DNA of 64,000 nucleotides. It comes from Mycobacteriales bacterium. GTDB taxonomy: Bacteria > Actinomycetota > Actinomycetes > Mycobacteriales > CADCTP01. This document shows positions 26,772-35,806 of this stretch, piece by piece. Each line of letters opens with the position of its first letter. The stretch's first letter is position 1. Location: positions 1,575-65,574 of the forward strand of contig DASYKU010000066.1 of NCBI GenBank assembly GCA_035995165.1. Direction: 5' to 3'. Below the pieces are notes generated by a model, which was given only the letters and a program-made list of their open reading frames with translations, had not been told where the DNA came from and searched no databases. The translations under genes and the position numbers were made by a program.

Positions 26772-28157
26772 TCAGGCGCCGGCTCCGATCGTGAGGTCGC
26801 GGCTGCGGCCGGTGAGCAGGAAGTACAGGAAGACGCCGGCGCCGACGGCCAGCCAGACGATGCCGCCGACCTTCGCGTTCGTGTCGGCGTGGACGAGCAC
26901 GTAGCCGATGATCACGAACCCGATCACCGGGACGACGAGGTGCAGCAGCCAGTTCCGGCTGTGCTTGCGGATCACGTAGTGGTTGACCACCGCGATGTGC
27001 AGCAGGCAGAAGCCGAACAGCGCGCCGAAGTTCACCAGCGAGCTGATCAGGTCGAGCTTGCCGACGAAGAACAGCACCAGCACCAGCGTCAGCCCGGAGA
27101 CGACGAGCAGCGCGTTCTGCGGGATCTGGCGGCGGTTCACCACCCGCAGGAAGGCCGGCAGCTGCCCGTCCCGGGACATGCTGAACAGCAGCCGGGAGGT
27201 CGCCGCCTGGGCCGCGATCGCGTTGGCGATGCCGACCGCGAGCGCGTTGACGGCCAGGAACGCCTTGGCCCAGCCGGCCGTGGACGCGCTGCCGACCAGG
27301 TCGAAGAACGCGTTGCCGACGTGCGCGTCGTCGAAGCTGCTGGTCCCGGCGGCCAGCGCCGCGGCCAGCCAGGTCTCGCCGACGAACAGCACCGCGACGA
27401 TGAGCAGCGCGCTGACCATCGCCGTACCCGCGGCCTTGCGGCCGCCGGTGGCCTCCTCCGACAGCGTCGAGATGCCGTCGAAGCCGAGGAAGCTCAGCAC
27501 CGCGATGCTCAGCGCGCTCGCGATCAGCGCCGGGGTGACCTTGTCGGAGTCCCAGAGCTGCTCGAGGCCGAAGTGGGCGCCGGCGATCGTGCCGCGGGCC
27601 AGCGCGGTGATCGCGATGATCACGAAGATCACCAGGAAGACCAGCTCGATCGCGAGGAAGACCCGGTTGAACCGGGCCAGCGACCTGATCCCGATCAGGT
27701 TGACGATCGTGTTGACCACGACGAACGCGATCGCCCACATCCAGCGCTCGGTGCCCGGGAAGATGCCGACCATCGACTCCGCCCCGAAGACGTAGAGCAG
27801 GGTCGGGACGAGCAGGTAGTCCAGCAGGATCGACCAGCCGGCGAAGAAGCCGAGCACCTTGTGCAGCCCGCGGCCCACGTACGCGTAGACCGAGCCGGCC
27901 AGCGGGAACTCCTTGGCCATCTGCGCGTACGCCAGCGCGGTGAAGATCATCGCGACCAGGCCGACCACGTAGACCAGCGGGACCATGCCCTCGGCGGCGT
28001 TGTAGACGGTGCCGAAGATCGCCCAGGGCGCGATCGGCACCATGAAGATCAGGCCGTAGATGATCAGATCGACGGTGGAGACGGAGCGGCGCAGCTCCTG
28101 CTGGTAGCCGAACTCACGCAGGCCGTCCTCGGGCGTGGCGGCGGACTCGGTGGGCAT
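26772..28157 (-). CDS. APC-family amino acid/polyamine permease
   Basis: 461 aa, 12 TM. The N-terminus (...FGYQQELRRSVSTVDLIIYGLIFMVPIAPWAIFG) is typical of PuuP/amino acid permeases. Confidence 0.88.
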   Translation of the reverse strand: MPTESAATPEDGLREFGYQQELRRSVSTVDLIIYGLIFMVPIAPWAIFGTVYNAAEGMVPLVYVVGLVAMIFTALAYAQMAKEFPLAGSVYAYVGRGLHKVLGFFAGWSILLDYLLVPTLLYVFGAESMVGIFPGTERWMWAIAFVVVNTIVNLIGIRSLARFNRVFLAIELVFLVIFVIIAITALARGTIAGAHFGLEQLWDSDKVTPALIASALSIAVLSFLGFDGISTLSEEATGGRKAAGTAMVSALLIVAVLFVGETWLAAALAAGTSSFDDAHVGNAFFDLVGSASTAGWAKAFLAVNALAVGIANAIAAQAATSRLLFSMSRDGQLPAFLRVVNRRQIPQNALLVVSGLTLVLVLFFVGKLDLISSLVNFGALFGFCLLHIAVVNHYVIRKHSRNWLLHLVVPVIGFVIIGYVLVHADTNAKVGGIVWLAVGAGVFLYFLLTGRSRDLTIGAGA

Positions 28158-28218
28158 ACGGCTAGTTACTCACCCGATGGGGCCGTTACGCCAGATGTCC
28201 GGATCACCGATCCGCCGA

Positions 28219-29112
28219 TCAGCCCCGGCCGACTGCCTCGACCGTCTCGATCCAGTGCGCCGCGAAGGCCGGGCCGTCGACGGCCGTGACGACCTTGACC
28301 GGCAGCCCGGCCGGGTCCCGGACCAGCGCGCCGTCCGCACCCAGCCGGACCCGGGTCACCTCGGCGGTCACGCCGTCCCAGCCGAGGGCGACGGCGCAGG
28401 CGGCCGGGTCGTACTGGAAGTTGAGCAGGTCGGCCGGCAGCGCGGGGTGGGCGGCGGCCAGGTCGGCCATGTCGTGGCGGGCGCCGTGCGCGGCGACCTG
28501 GTGGGCCAGCAGCGTGCCGACGGGCCCGGCGGACCGCAGCCGGGGCAGGTCGGCCTCCCGGATCCAGGTCGCCAGCGTGGCCGGCAGCGTGACCAGCGTC
28601 GGCCCGGTCCGCAGCAGCAGCTCGAACGCGCGCCGGTCCCACTGGTTGTTGAAGTCCATGTCCGGGCCCCAGGGCGGCAGCCCGTCCGCCGGCGGATCGA
28701 GCCAGCCCGCCATGAGCACGGGGTTGCGCAGCCGGCCGGGCCGGGTCAGCTCGTACAGGGCCAGGGTGGTGCAGGGGCCGATGCCGATCACGGTGGCCCC
28801 GGCGGCGATGCTGCGGTCGAGCAGGTCCAGCGCGGCGCCCGGCTTCCCCGGCCGCCGGCGGTGCAGCGGCCAGTCGCCGTACTCGGGGTCGGCCCGCCGG
28901 CCCGTCGTCATCGACAGCGCCGCGCCCGCCGCGACCGGGACGTGCCGGCCGGCCAGGGACAGCAGGTGCCGGACGTACGCGGCCCGCATCCCGTCCCGGT
29001 CGGCGACCGTGGTCACCCCGGTCAGCTCCACGTCCGCCCGCCCCAGCAGGTACGCCAGGGCGCAGGCGTCGTCGGTGTCGCCGCCGAAGTCGGTGTCGAG
29101 GTGGACGCGCAT
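28219..29112 (-). CDS. Nucleoside hydrolase (IUNH family)
   Basis: ATG 29112. The N-terminal DTDFGGDTDDACALAYLL is the DxDxxxDD Ca2+/ribose-binding fingerprint. Joined to the upstream gene by TGATG. Confidence 0.82.
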   Translation of the reverse strand: MRVHLDTDFGGDTDDACALAYLLGRADVELTGVTTVADRDGMRAAYVRHLLSLAGRHVPVAAGAALSMTTGRRADPEYGDWPLHRRRPGKPGAALDLLDRSIAAGATVIGIGPCTTLALYELTRPGRLRNPVLMAGWLDPPADGLPPWGPDMDFNNQWDRRAFELLLRTGPTLVTLPATLATWIREADLPRLRSAGPVGTLLAHQVAAHGARHDMADLAAAHPALPADLLNFQYDPAACAVALGWDGVTAEVTRVRLGADGALVRDPAGLPVKVVTAVDGPAFAAHWIETVEAVGRG

Positions 29113-29945
29113 CAGTTCGGCGGCGCCAGCGCCTTGGTCAGCGCCGGGACGTCCAGCTCCGGCTGCGGGTACTGCGGGTCCAGGTCCCGGACGGTCTCCA
29201 GCAGCAGCCGGCCGACGGCCCAGTTCCGGTACCACTTGCGGTCCGCGGGCACCGCGTACCAGGGCGCCTGCGGGGTGGAGCAGCGCTCCAGCGCGATCCG
29301 GTACGCCTGCTGGTAGTCGGTCCAGCGGGCCCGCTCGGCCAGGTCGCCCGGGTTGAACTTCCAGTTCTTCGTCGGGTCGGTGAGCCGGGACAGCAGCCGC
29401 TCCCGCTGCTCGTCGTAGGAGACGTTGAGGAAGCACTTGACCAGCGCGTACCCGTTCTCGACCAGGCCGGCCTCGAACTTGTTGATCTCGTCGTACCGCT
29501 TCTCGACGATCTCCGGGGCGGCCAGCGCGTGCACCCGGCCGACCAGCACGTCCTCGTAGTGGGACCGGTCGAAGATGCCGATCATCCCGGGGTCGGGCAG
29601 CGCCCGGCGGACCCGCCAGAGGAAGTGGTGCCGCAGCTCGTCCGGGGTCGGTTTCTTGAACGAGTGGATGTGCACGCCCTGCGGGTTGACCAGGCCGATG
29701 ACGTGCTCGATCACGCCGCCCTTGCCCGAGGTGTCCATGCCCTGCAGGACGAGCAGGATCCGTCGGGCGGACGCCGCGTACAGCGCCTCCTGCAGGCCGG
29801 CCAGCCGGTCGCCCTCCGCCGCCATCCCGGCCGCGGTCTTCTTCTTGCCGCCGGGTGCGTGCGGGGTGGCCCGCGCGTCCAGCTCGTCCAGGTCCACCGG
29901 AGCGCCCGGAGTCACCCGCAGCAGATCCCGAAGCGACGTGGCCAC
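29112..29945 (-). CDS. Polyphosphate kinase 2 (PPK2) family protein
   Basis: GTG 29945. LLVLQGMDTSGKGGVIEHV is the PPK2 Walker A-like motif. FLWRV, IFDRSHYEDVLV and KFNPGDL blocks also match. Confidence 0.88.
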   Translation of the reverse strand: MATSLRDLLRVTPGAPVDLDELDARATPHAPGGKKKTAAGMAAEGDRLAGLQEALYAASARRILLVLQGMDTSGKGGVIEHVIGLVNPQGVHIHSFKKPTPDELRHHFLWRVRRALPDPGMIGIFDRSHYEDVLVGRVHALAAPEIVEKRYDEINKFEAGLVENGYALVKCFLNVSYDEQRERLLSRLTDPTKNWKFNPGDLAERARWTDYQQAYRIALERCSTPQAPWYAVPADRKWYRNWAVGRLLLETVRDLDPQYPQPELDVPALTKALAPPN

Positions 29946-30050
29946 GTGTACCCCCCGCTGTCCGACGATGCGGCGATCACCCGGGACACTAGCGGTGCGA
30001 CCGGGTAGTGCTGGTCCGGTAGGTCCATTCGGACCAGCGGAAGGGACACG

Positions 30051-31811
30051 ATGACGACGTTCGAGGTCTGGGCGCCGAACCACGACCAGGTACGGCTGCG
30101 CACCCTGGGCAACGACCACGAGATGGCCGCGGCCGGGGACGGCCTGTGGCGGGTCACCGTGCCCGAGGCCGGACCCGGCGACGACTACGGGTTCCTGCTC
30201 GGCGACGACGACACCCCGCTGCCGGACCCGCGCTCGCGCTGGCAGCCGGAGGGCGTGCACGGCCTGAGCCGGCTGCACGACCCCCAGGCCTACGAGTGGG
30301 ACGACGGCGAGTGGACGGGCCGGCAGCTGGCCGGCGCGGTCGTCTACGAACTGCACGTCGGCACGTTCACCCCCGAGGGCACCTTCGCCGCGGCCACCGA
30401 GAAGCTCGACCACCTGGCCGAGCTGGGCGTGGACCTGGTCGAGGTGCTGCCGGTCAACGCGGTCAACGGCACCCACAACTGGGGCTACGACGGCGTCGGG
30501 TGGTACGCGGTGCACGACCCGTACGGCGGGCCGGACGCGTTCAAGGCGTTCGTCGACGCCTGCCACCGGCGCGGGATCGGCGTGGTGCTGGACGTGGTCT
30601 ACAACCACCTCGGGCCCTCCGGTGCGTACCTGCCGCGGTTCGCGCCGTTCTTCAAGCCGGGCAAGTCGACCTGGGGCGACCTGGTCAACCTGGACGGGCC
30701 CGGCTCGGAGCCGGTGCGGCGCTACATCCTGGACAACGCGCAGATGTGGCTGCACGAGTTCCACGTCGACGGGCTCCGGCTGGACGCCGTGCACGCGCTG
30801 GTCGACCTGGGCGCGATCCACATCCTGGAGGAGATGGCGGTCGAGGTGGACGCGCTGTCCGCACACCTGCGCCGGCCGCTCACGCTCATCGCCGAGTCCG
30901 ACCTCAACGACCCCCGGCTGATCCGGTCCCGGGACGCCGGCGGGTACGGGCTGACCGCGCAGTGGGACGACGACGTGCACCACGCGCTGCACGCGCTGCT
31001 CACCGGCGAGCAGCAGGGCTACTACTCCGACTTCGGCTCGCTCGGGACGCTGGCCAAGGCGTTCACCGGCGCGTTCGTGCACGACGGGTCGTACTCGTCG
31101 TTCCGGGGGCGGCTGCACGGGCGGCGGGTGAACCGGGACGACACGCCGGCGTACCGGTTCGTGGCCTTCCTGCAGGACCACGACCAGGTCGGCAACCGCG
31201 CGCTGGGCGACCGGCTGTCCGGCGAGCCCGGGTCGCTGTCCCCGCAGCTGCTCAAGGTCGGCGCCGCGCTGCTGCTGACCTCGCCGTTCACGCCGATGCT
31301 CTGGATGGGCGAGGAGTGGGGCGCGACCACGCCCTGGCAGTTCTTCACCTCGCACCCGGAGCCGGAGCTGGCCGCCGCGGTCGCCCACGGCCGCCGGGAG
31401 GAGTTCGCCGCGCACGGCTGGGACACCGAGGACGTGCCCGATCCGCAGGACCCGGCCACCTTCCAGCACTCCAAGCTGGACTGGGCCGAGCTGACCGACG
31501 AGAAGCATGCCGACGTGCTCGACTTCTACCGGCGGCTGACCCAGCTGCGCCGGGCCCGGCCGGAGCTGTCCGACCCGCGGCTGGACCGGGTCGACGTCAC
31601 GTTCGACGAGGACGCGCGCTGGCTGGTCGTGCACCGGGGCGGGCTGCGGGTCGCGGTGAACCTCGCCGCCGAGCGGCAGGAGGTGCCGCTGGACGGCACG
31701 CCGATCAGCGTGCTGCTCTCCTCCGTGCCCGGGTTCGTCTACCGGGACGGGGCGGTCGAGCTGGAACCGGGCTCGACGGCCGTGGTCGAGCTGGCCGTCC
31801 GTACGGGCTGA
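30051..31811 (+). CDS. treZ: Malto-oligosyltrehalose trehalohydrolase
   Basis: MTTFEVWAPNHDQVRLR..., with GH13 blocks NWGYDGV, DVVYNHLGPSG, GLRLDAVHAL, AESDLND and FLQDHDQVGNR. Confidence 0.95.
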   Translation: MTTFEVWAPNHDQVRLRTLGNDHEMAAAGDGLWRVTVPEAGPGDDYGFLLGDDDTPLPDPRSRWQPEGVHGLSRLHDPQAYEWDDGEWTGRQLAGAVVYELHVGTFTPEGTFAAATEKLDHLAELGVDLVEVLPVNAVNGTHNWGYDGVGWYAVHDPYGGPDAFKAFVDACHRRGIGVVLDVVYNHLGPSGAYLPRFAPFFKPGKSTWGDLVNLDGPGSEPVRRYILDNAQMWLHEFHVDGLRLDAVHALVDLGAIHILEEMAVEVDALSAHLRRPLTLIAESDLNDPRLIRSRDAGGYGLTAQWDDDVHHALHALLTGEQQGYYSDFGSLGTLAKAFTGAFVHDGSYSSFRGRLHGRRVNRDDTPAYRFVAFLQDHDQVGNRALGDRLSGEPGSLSPQLLKVGAALLLTSPFTPMLWMGEEWGATTPWQFFTSHPEPELAAAVAHGRREEFAAHGWDTEDVPDPQDPATFQHSKLDWAELTDEKHADVLDFYRRLTQLRRARPELSDPRLDRVDVTFDEDARWLVVHRGGLRVAVNLAAERQEVPLDGTPISVLLSSVPGFVYRDGAVELEPGSTAVVELAVRTG

Positions 31812-32055
31812 CCTGCGCCGGCTCGCCGTGGGCGGCGATGCCGCTGCTGGCGGCCGGGGCTCATCGCCTCGCCGCGCCCACGCCGGTGACGACGGTGGCG
31901 GCGGCGCGGATCAGTCGGCCGTTCGGACGAGGGCTGCTGATCTTCTTAGTGCCCGCTTGGGTAGATCTGGGGTCTTCCGGGGGCGACTGACTGATGCGAT
32001 CGGAGTAACAATCCGCGGCAGGTGCGCCGCGTGGCGCCCCCATCAGGAGGTCCTA

Positions 32056-33267
32056 GTGCGACTCCGTCCAGTCCTGGCCGCCGTGGCGGCGGCCGCCATC
32101 GCCTCGATCGCCTGGGCCGGCACCGTGGCCCCGGCCGCCGGCGCCGCCCCCGCGGCCCAGCCCGCCAAGCACGTGTCCCGGGTCTGCGCCCAGGCCGCGC
32201 CCGGCCACGCCGCCTGCAACGCGCTGCGGGTCGACCCGGCCGCCGCGGTCGCCGGCAGCGTGACGCCGGCCGCGACCACGCCGTCCGGGATCTTCCCGGC
32301 CGACATCCAGTCCGCGTACAAGCTGCCGGGCGCGACCGCCGGCGCCGGCCGGACCGTCGCGATCGTCGACGCGTTCGACGACCCGACCGCCGCGGCCGAC
32401 CTCAACACGTACCGCAGCCAGTTCGGGCTGCCGGCCTGCACGACCGCGAACGGCTGCTTCCGCAAGGTCAACCAGAACGGCGCGACCTCGCCGCCGCCGG
32501 CCGTGGACACCGGCTGGGCCCAGGAGATCTCGCTCGATGTCGACATGGTCTCGGCCACCTGCCCGAACTGCCACATCCTGCTGGTCGAGGCCAACAGCTC
32601 CTCGTTCGCGAACCTCGGCGCCGCGGTGAACAGGGCGGCCACGCTCGGCGCGACCGCGATCAGCAACAGCTACGGCGGCGCGGACTCCTCCGACACCACC
32701 AACGGCCACTTCTACAACCACCCCGGCATCGCGGTGACCGCGTCCTCCGGTGACGGCGGCTTCGGCGTGGAGTACCCGGCGTCCTCGCAGTTCGTGGTCG
32801 CGGTCGGCGGCACCTCGCTACGGCGGGCCACCACCACCGCCCGCGGCTGGACCGAGTCGGCCTGGTCCGGGGCCGGCTCCGGCTGCTCCCGGTTCAACAC
32901 CGCGATCCCGAGCGCGTCCACCTTCAACACCGGGTGCGCGCGGCGCGCGGTCGCCGACGTGTCCGCGGTCGCCGACCCGGCCACCGGCGTCGCCGTGTTC
33001 GACAGCACGCCGGCCGCCGGCGCGTCCGGCTGGCTCGTCTTCGGCGGGACCAGCGCGTCCTCGCCGATCATCGCCTCCGTCTTCGGCCTGGCCGGCAACG
33101 CGGCGACGATCGACGCGAACGACTTCCCGTACCAGCACTCGACATCGCTGTTCGACGTGACGACCGGGTCCAACGGGACCTGCACACCGACCCAGCTCTG
33201 CCGGGCGCGGGCGGGTTGGGACGGCCCGACCGGCCTCGGTACCCCGAACGGAACCGGCGGCTTCTGA
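32056..33267 (+). CDS. Secreted S53 (sedolisin/kumamolisin-like) peptidase
   Basis: GTG 32056, preceded by AGGAGG. A signal peptide (VRLRPVLAAVAAAAIASIAWAG) is followed by IVDAFDDP, WAQEISLDVD and the catalytic Ser block FGGTSASSPI. Confidence 0.82.
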   Translation: MRLRPVLAAVAAAAIASIAWAGTVAPAAGAAPAAQPAKHVSRVCAQAAPGHAACNALRVDPAAAVAGSVTPAATTPSGIFPADIQSAYKLPGATAGAGRTVAIVDAFDDPTAAADLNTYRSQFGLPACTTANGCFRKVNQNGATSPPPAVDTGWAQEISLDVDMVSATCPNCHILLVEANSSSFANLGAAVNRAATLGATAISNSYGGADSSDTTNGHFYNHPGIAVTASSGDGGFGVEYPASSQFVVAVGGTSLRRATTTARGWTESAWSGAGSGCSRFNTAIPSASTFNTGCARRAVADVSAVADPATGVAVFDSTPAAGASGWLVFGGTSASSPIIASVFGLAGNAATIDANDFPYQHSTSLFDVTTGSNGTCTPTQLCRARAGWDGPTGLGTPNGTGGF

Positions 33268-33309
33268 TCCTCTGAGCCCCGGACCGGGGTCGCCTCCTCA
33301 CGGGGGCGG

Positions 33310-33393
33310 CCCCGGTTCCCGTCCCACCGACCCCGGTTCCCGGCCCACCGGGCCCGGTTCCCGTCCCACCGGCCCCGGTTCCCGTCCCACCGG
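33310..33393. repeat. Four tandem copies of a 21-bp unit (CCCCGGTTCCCGTCCCACCGG)
   Basis: Read directly in the convergent intergenic region between the S53 peptidase stop (33267) and the sppA stop (33442). Confidence 0.9.
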
Positions 33394-33441
33394 CGCGGGG
33401 CGCGCCAGTCCTGCCGGACGGCTGACGAGCCGCTGGACCCG

Positions 33442-35091
33442 TCAGCCGAGGGTGAGCGGCGGCATGGTGAGGGGACCGTCGGGGGCGAGGCCGAGGTGGG
33501 CCGCCGCACCGGAGAGCGAGCCCCAGCCCGCCCACCAGTCCGTCGCCCGCATCGCCGCCGCGGCCCGGTCCTCGCTGGAGCGCGGCGGCGAGAACCGGTC
33601 CAGCGGGCTGGTCGGCGGCCAGCGCCGCAGCTCGGCGTCCGCGGGCAGCCCGGCCCGCTCCCGGACCATCGCCGCCGCCGTCCGGAGCCCGCCGAGGGAG
33701 TCGACCAGCCCCCGCTCGTACGCGTCGGCGCCGGTCCAGACCCGCCCCCGCGCCACCTCGTGCACCTGCTCCGGCGTCATCCCGCGGGCCTGCCCGACCT
33801 TGCCGACGAAGTCGGCGTAGACCCGGTCCAGCCACTCGTCGAGCCGGCGCCACTGGTCCTCGTCGAACCCGGTCCGGGCCGAGAACATCCGCGCGTTGCG
33901 GCCCTCGGCGATCGCGCCGGTGCCGATGCCGAGCCGGTCCAGCAGCTCGGACGTGACGACCTTCCCGCTGAACACGCCGATCGAGCCGGTCAGCGTGCCG
34001 GGCTGGGCCACGATCGCGTCCGCCGCCATCGCCACGAAGTACCCACCGGAGCCGGCCACGTCGCCCATCGAGGCGACCACCGGGATCCCCCGCGCCCGCA
34101 ACCGGCCGACCTCGCGCCAGATCACGTCCGAGGCCACGTACGAGCCGCCGGGGCTGTCGACCCGCAGCAGCACCGCCGTCACGTCGTCGGCCCGCCCGGC
34201 CGAGCGCAGCGCGGCCGCGACCGTGTCCGAGCCGGACCCCGCGTTCGGCGAGAGCAGGCTGCGGCGGCTGCGGCCCTGCTGGATCGCGCCGGCCACGGTG
34301 ACGACCGCGACCACCGGGGCGTTGCGGTTCTTGAGCCGGGCCGCGATCCTGCGCGGGGTGGCGGCCCGGGCGTGCCGGGACAGGAACAGCAGCTCGGCGT
34401 CCTTCTGGTGGGCGGCGTACACCTCGTCGCGGTAGCCGACGTGGTCGACCAGCCCGGCCTCCGCGGCCTGCTGCGCCGACAGCGGCGCCTGCTCGACCAG
34501 CTCCCGGACCCGCTCCGGGCTCAGCCCGCGGGCGGCCGCGATCCCGTCCACCACCTGCTCGTACGCGGAGGCGACGAGCCGGGAGGACGCCTCCCGGAAC
34601 GCGTCGGTGTAGCCGTGCCGGACGATCCGGTCGACCGCGTTCTTGTACTCGTGCCGCTGCGAGAACTGCGGCTGCAGCCCGGCCTTGTCCAGCAGCCCGC
34701 GCAGGAACGTGGTCTCGGCCGCGATCCCGGTCAGGCCGAGGTCACCGGAGGGCTGCAGCCAGATCTCGGTGAAGCCGGTGGCGAGGTAGTAGGCGACCGT
34801 GCCGGGGTCGCCCTCGCCGAACGTCTCCGCGTACGCGACCGCGGGCTTGGTCCGGGCGAACTCGCGGACCGCGTCGCGCAGCTCCTGGGCCCGGGCCAGC
34901 GGCAGGCTGCCGCCGACGCGGGCGATCAGCCCGGCGACGTCCGGGTCCTCGGCCGCCGCGTGCAGCGCCTCGACCACCGCTCGCAGGCTCGGCCGCCGCC
35001 GGCCCCGCACCATCGCCAGCGGATCGCTCGGCACCACCTCCGGCGGTGCCTCGGTCAGATCCAGCTCCACCACAACCCGAGTCCGCCCCAT
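33442..35091 (-). CDS. sppA: Signal peptide peptidase SppA (S49, long two-domain form)
   Basis: 549 aa with two ClpP/crotonase-like halves. The second half carries MGDVAGSGGYFVAMAAD (Ser nucleophile region). Confidence 0.9.
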   Translation of the reverse strand: MGRTRVVVELDLTEAPPEVVPSDPLAMVRGRRRPSLRAVVEALHAAAEDPDVAGLIARVGGSLPLARAQELRDAVREFARTKPAVAYAETFGEGDPGTVAYYLATGFTEIWLQPSGDLGLTGIAAETTFLRGLLDKAGLQPQFSQRHEYKNAVDRIVRHGYTDAFREASSRLVASAYEQVVDGIAAARGLSPERVRELVEQAPLSAQQAAEAGLVDHVGYRDEVYAAHQKDAELLFLSRHARAATPRRIAARLKNRNAPVVAVVTVAGAIQQGRSRRSLLSPNAGSGSDTVAAALRSAGRADDVTAVLLRVDSPGGSYVASDVIWREVGRLRARGIPVVASMGDVAGSGGYFVAMAADAIVAQPGTLTGSIGVFSGKVVTSELLDRLGIGTGAIAEGRNARMFSARTGFDEDQWRRLDEWLDRVYADFVGKVGQARGMTPEQVHEVARGRVWTGADAYERGLVDSLGGLRTAAAMVRERAGLPADAELRRWPPTSPLDRFSPPRSSEDRAAAAMRATDWWAGWGSLSGAAAHLGLAPDGPLTMPPLTLG

Positions 35092-35115
35092 CCGTCAACC
35101 CTAGGCGCGCCCCCC

Positions 35116-35398
35116 TCACGGCTCCCCGTCGAGCAACTCCGACACCCGCACTCCGAAGGCTCGCGCCAGCCTCCGGTACGCCAGGACGCTGGCCGGGTGA
35201 TCGCCCCGCTCGATGGACCCGACCGTCACGCGCGACACCCCGGATTCCGTGCCGAGCTCCTCCTGGGACAGTCCCCTCCTCCTGGACGGCGCCGACTTCC
35301 TGCACTTCTCGAAGGAGGACGGTGCTCGCCGCGAGCGCCTGGCCAAGGCGGTCGGTGCGCTCGGCCTCGATCTGACGACGGTGGTCCGCCAGAGCACG
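35116..35398 (-). CDS. XRE-family helix-turn-helix protein, start unresolved (possibly truncated)
   Basis: A clear HTH_3 pattern: RRRGLSQEELGTESGVSRVTVGSIERGDHPASVLAYRRLARAFGVRVSELL. There is no ATG/GTG just upstream of the domain. The nearest in-frame start is GTG 35398, which adds an Arg/Ser-rich stretch that looks like a shadow frame. Confidence 0.5.
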
Positions 35399-35691
35399 GA
35401 CACCCTGTCCCGCGCACGGGCGGTGGGACTGACGACGATCTCCTGGATCAGCCGCGAGCAACTGGATCTCCTGGTGCTCGAGTCCCGTGGAGCCAAGCCG
35501 GATCGCCAGGACGCCGCTCTGCTGGCGAGGGTCCGTCCGGCGCGGGTGTCTCGGTGCGCTTCCTCGGGAAGCGTGACGATCCCCTGCTCTGGGCGGCCGA
35601 CATCGTGGCCAGCGCGACCTTCCAAGCGCTGGTCCGCGGCGTACCCGCCGACCTGGAGTCGTTGGGGCAGGTCGAGAGGGTCGACTACTGA
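35213..35691 (+). pseudogene. Possible frameshifted remnant of a gene (C-terminus resembles DUF3800-type proteins)
   Basis: A protein-like reading (...LLLDGADFLHFSKEDGARRERLAKAVGALGLDLTTVVRQ...REQLDLLVLESRGAKPDRQDAALLA) switches frame near 35520-35545. It continues as RFLGKRDDPLLWAADIVASATFQALVRGVPADLESLGQVERVDY up to the stop at 35691. Its 5' part overlaps the HTH gene on the opposite strand. Confidence 0.3.
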
Positions 35692-35806
35692 CCCCGGATG
35701 CGCGAAGGCCCCGCGCTCACCGTCCGGAGAGCCGGGGCCTCACTTCTGCGGGCTTGTGATCTCCGCAGCGTCAAGATCGTCTCACGGCGGCGGCGGGAGG
35801 TGCAAC

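Noticed and set aside
22154-30050. Genomic island or mobile element explaining the treY-treZ interruption
   Set aside because: I found no integrase, transposase, tRNA, or flanking direct or inverted repeats, and there is no obvious compositional break by eye. It is kept as an insertion-like synteny break only.
31812-32055. Small RNA or riboswitch in the 245-bp gap before the S53 peptidase gene
   Set aside because: Only a weak 5-bp inverted repeat (GATCT...AGATC) and a slightly lower GC content are present. I could not match any known RNA motif.
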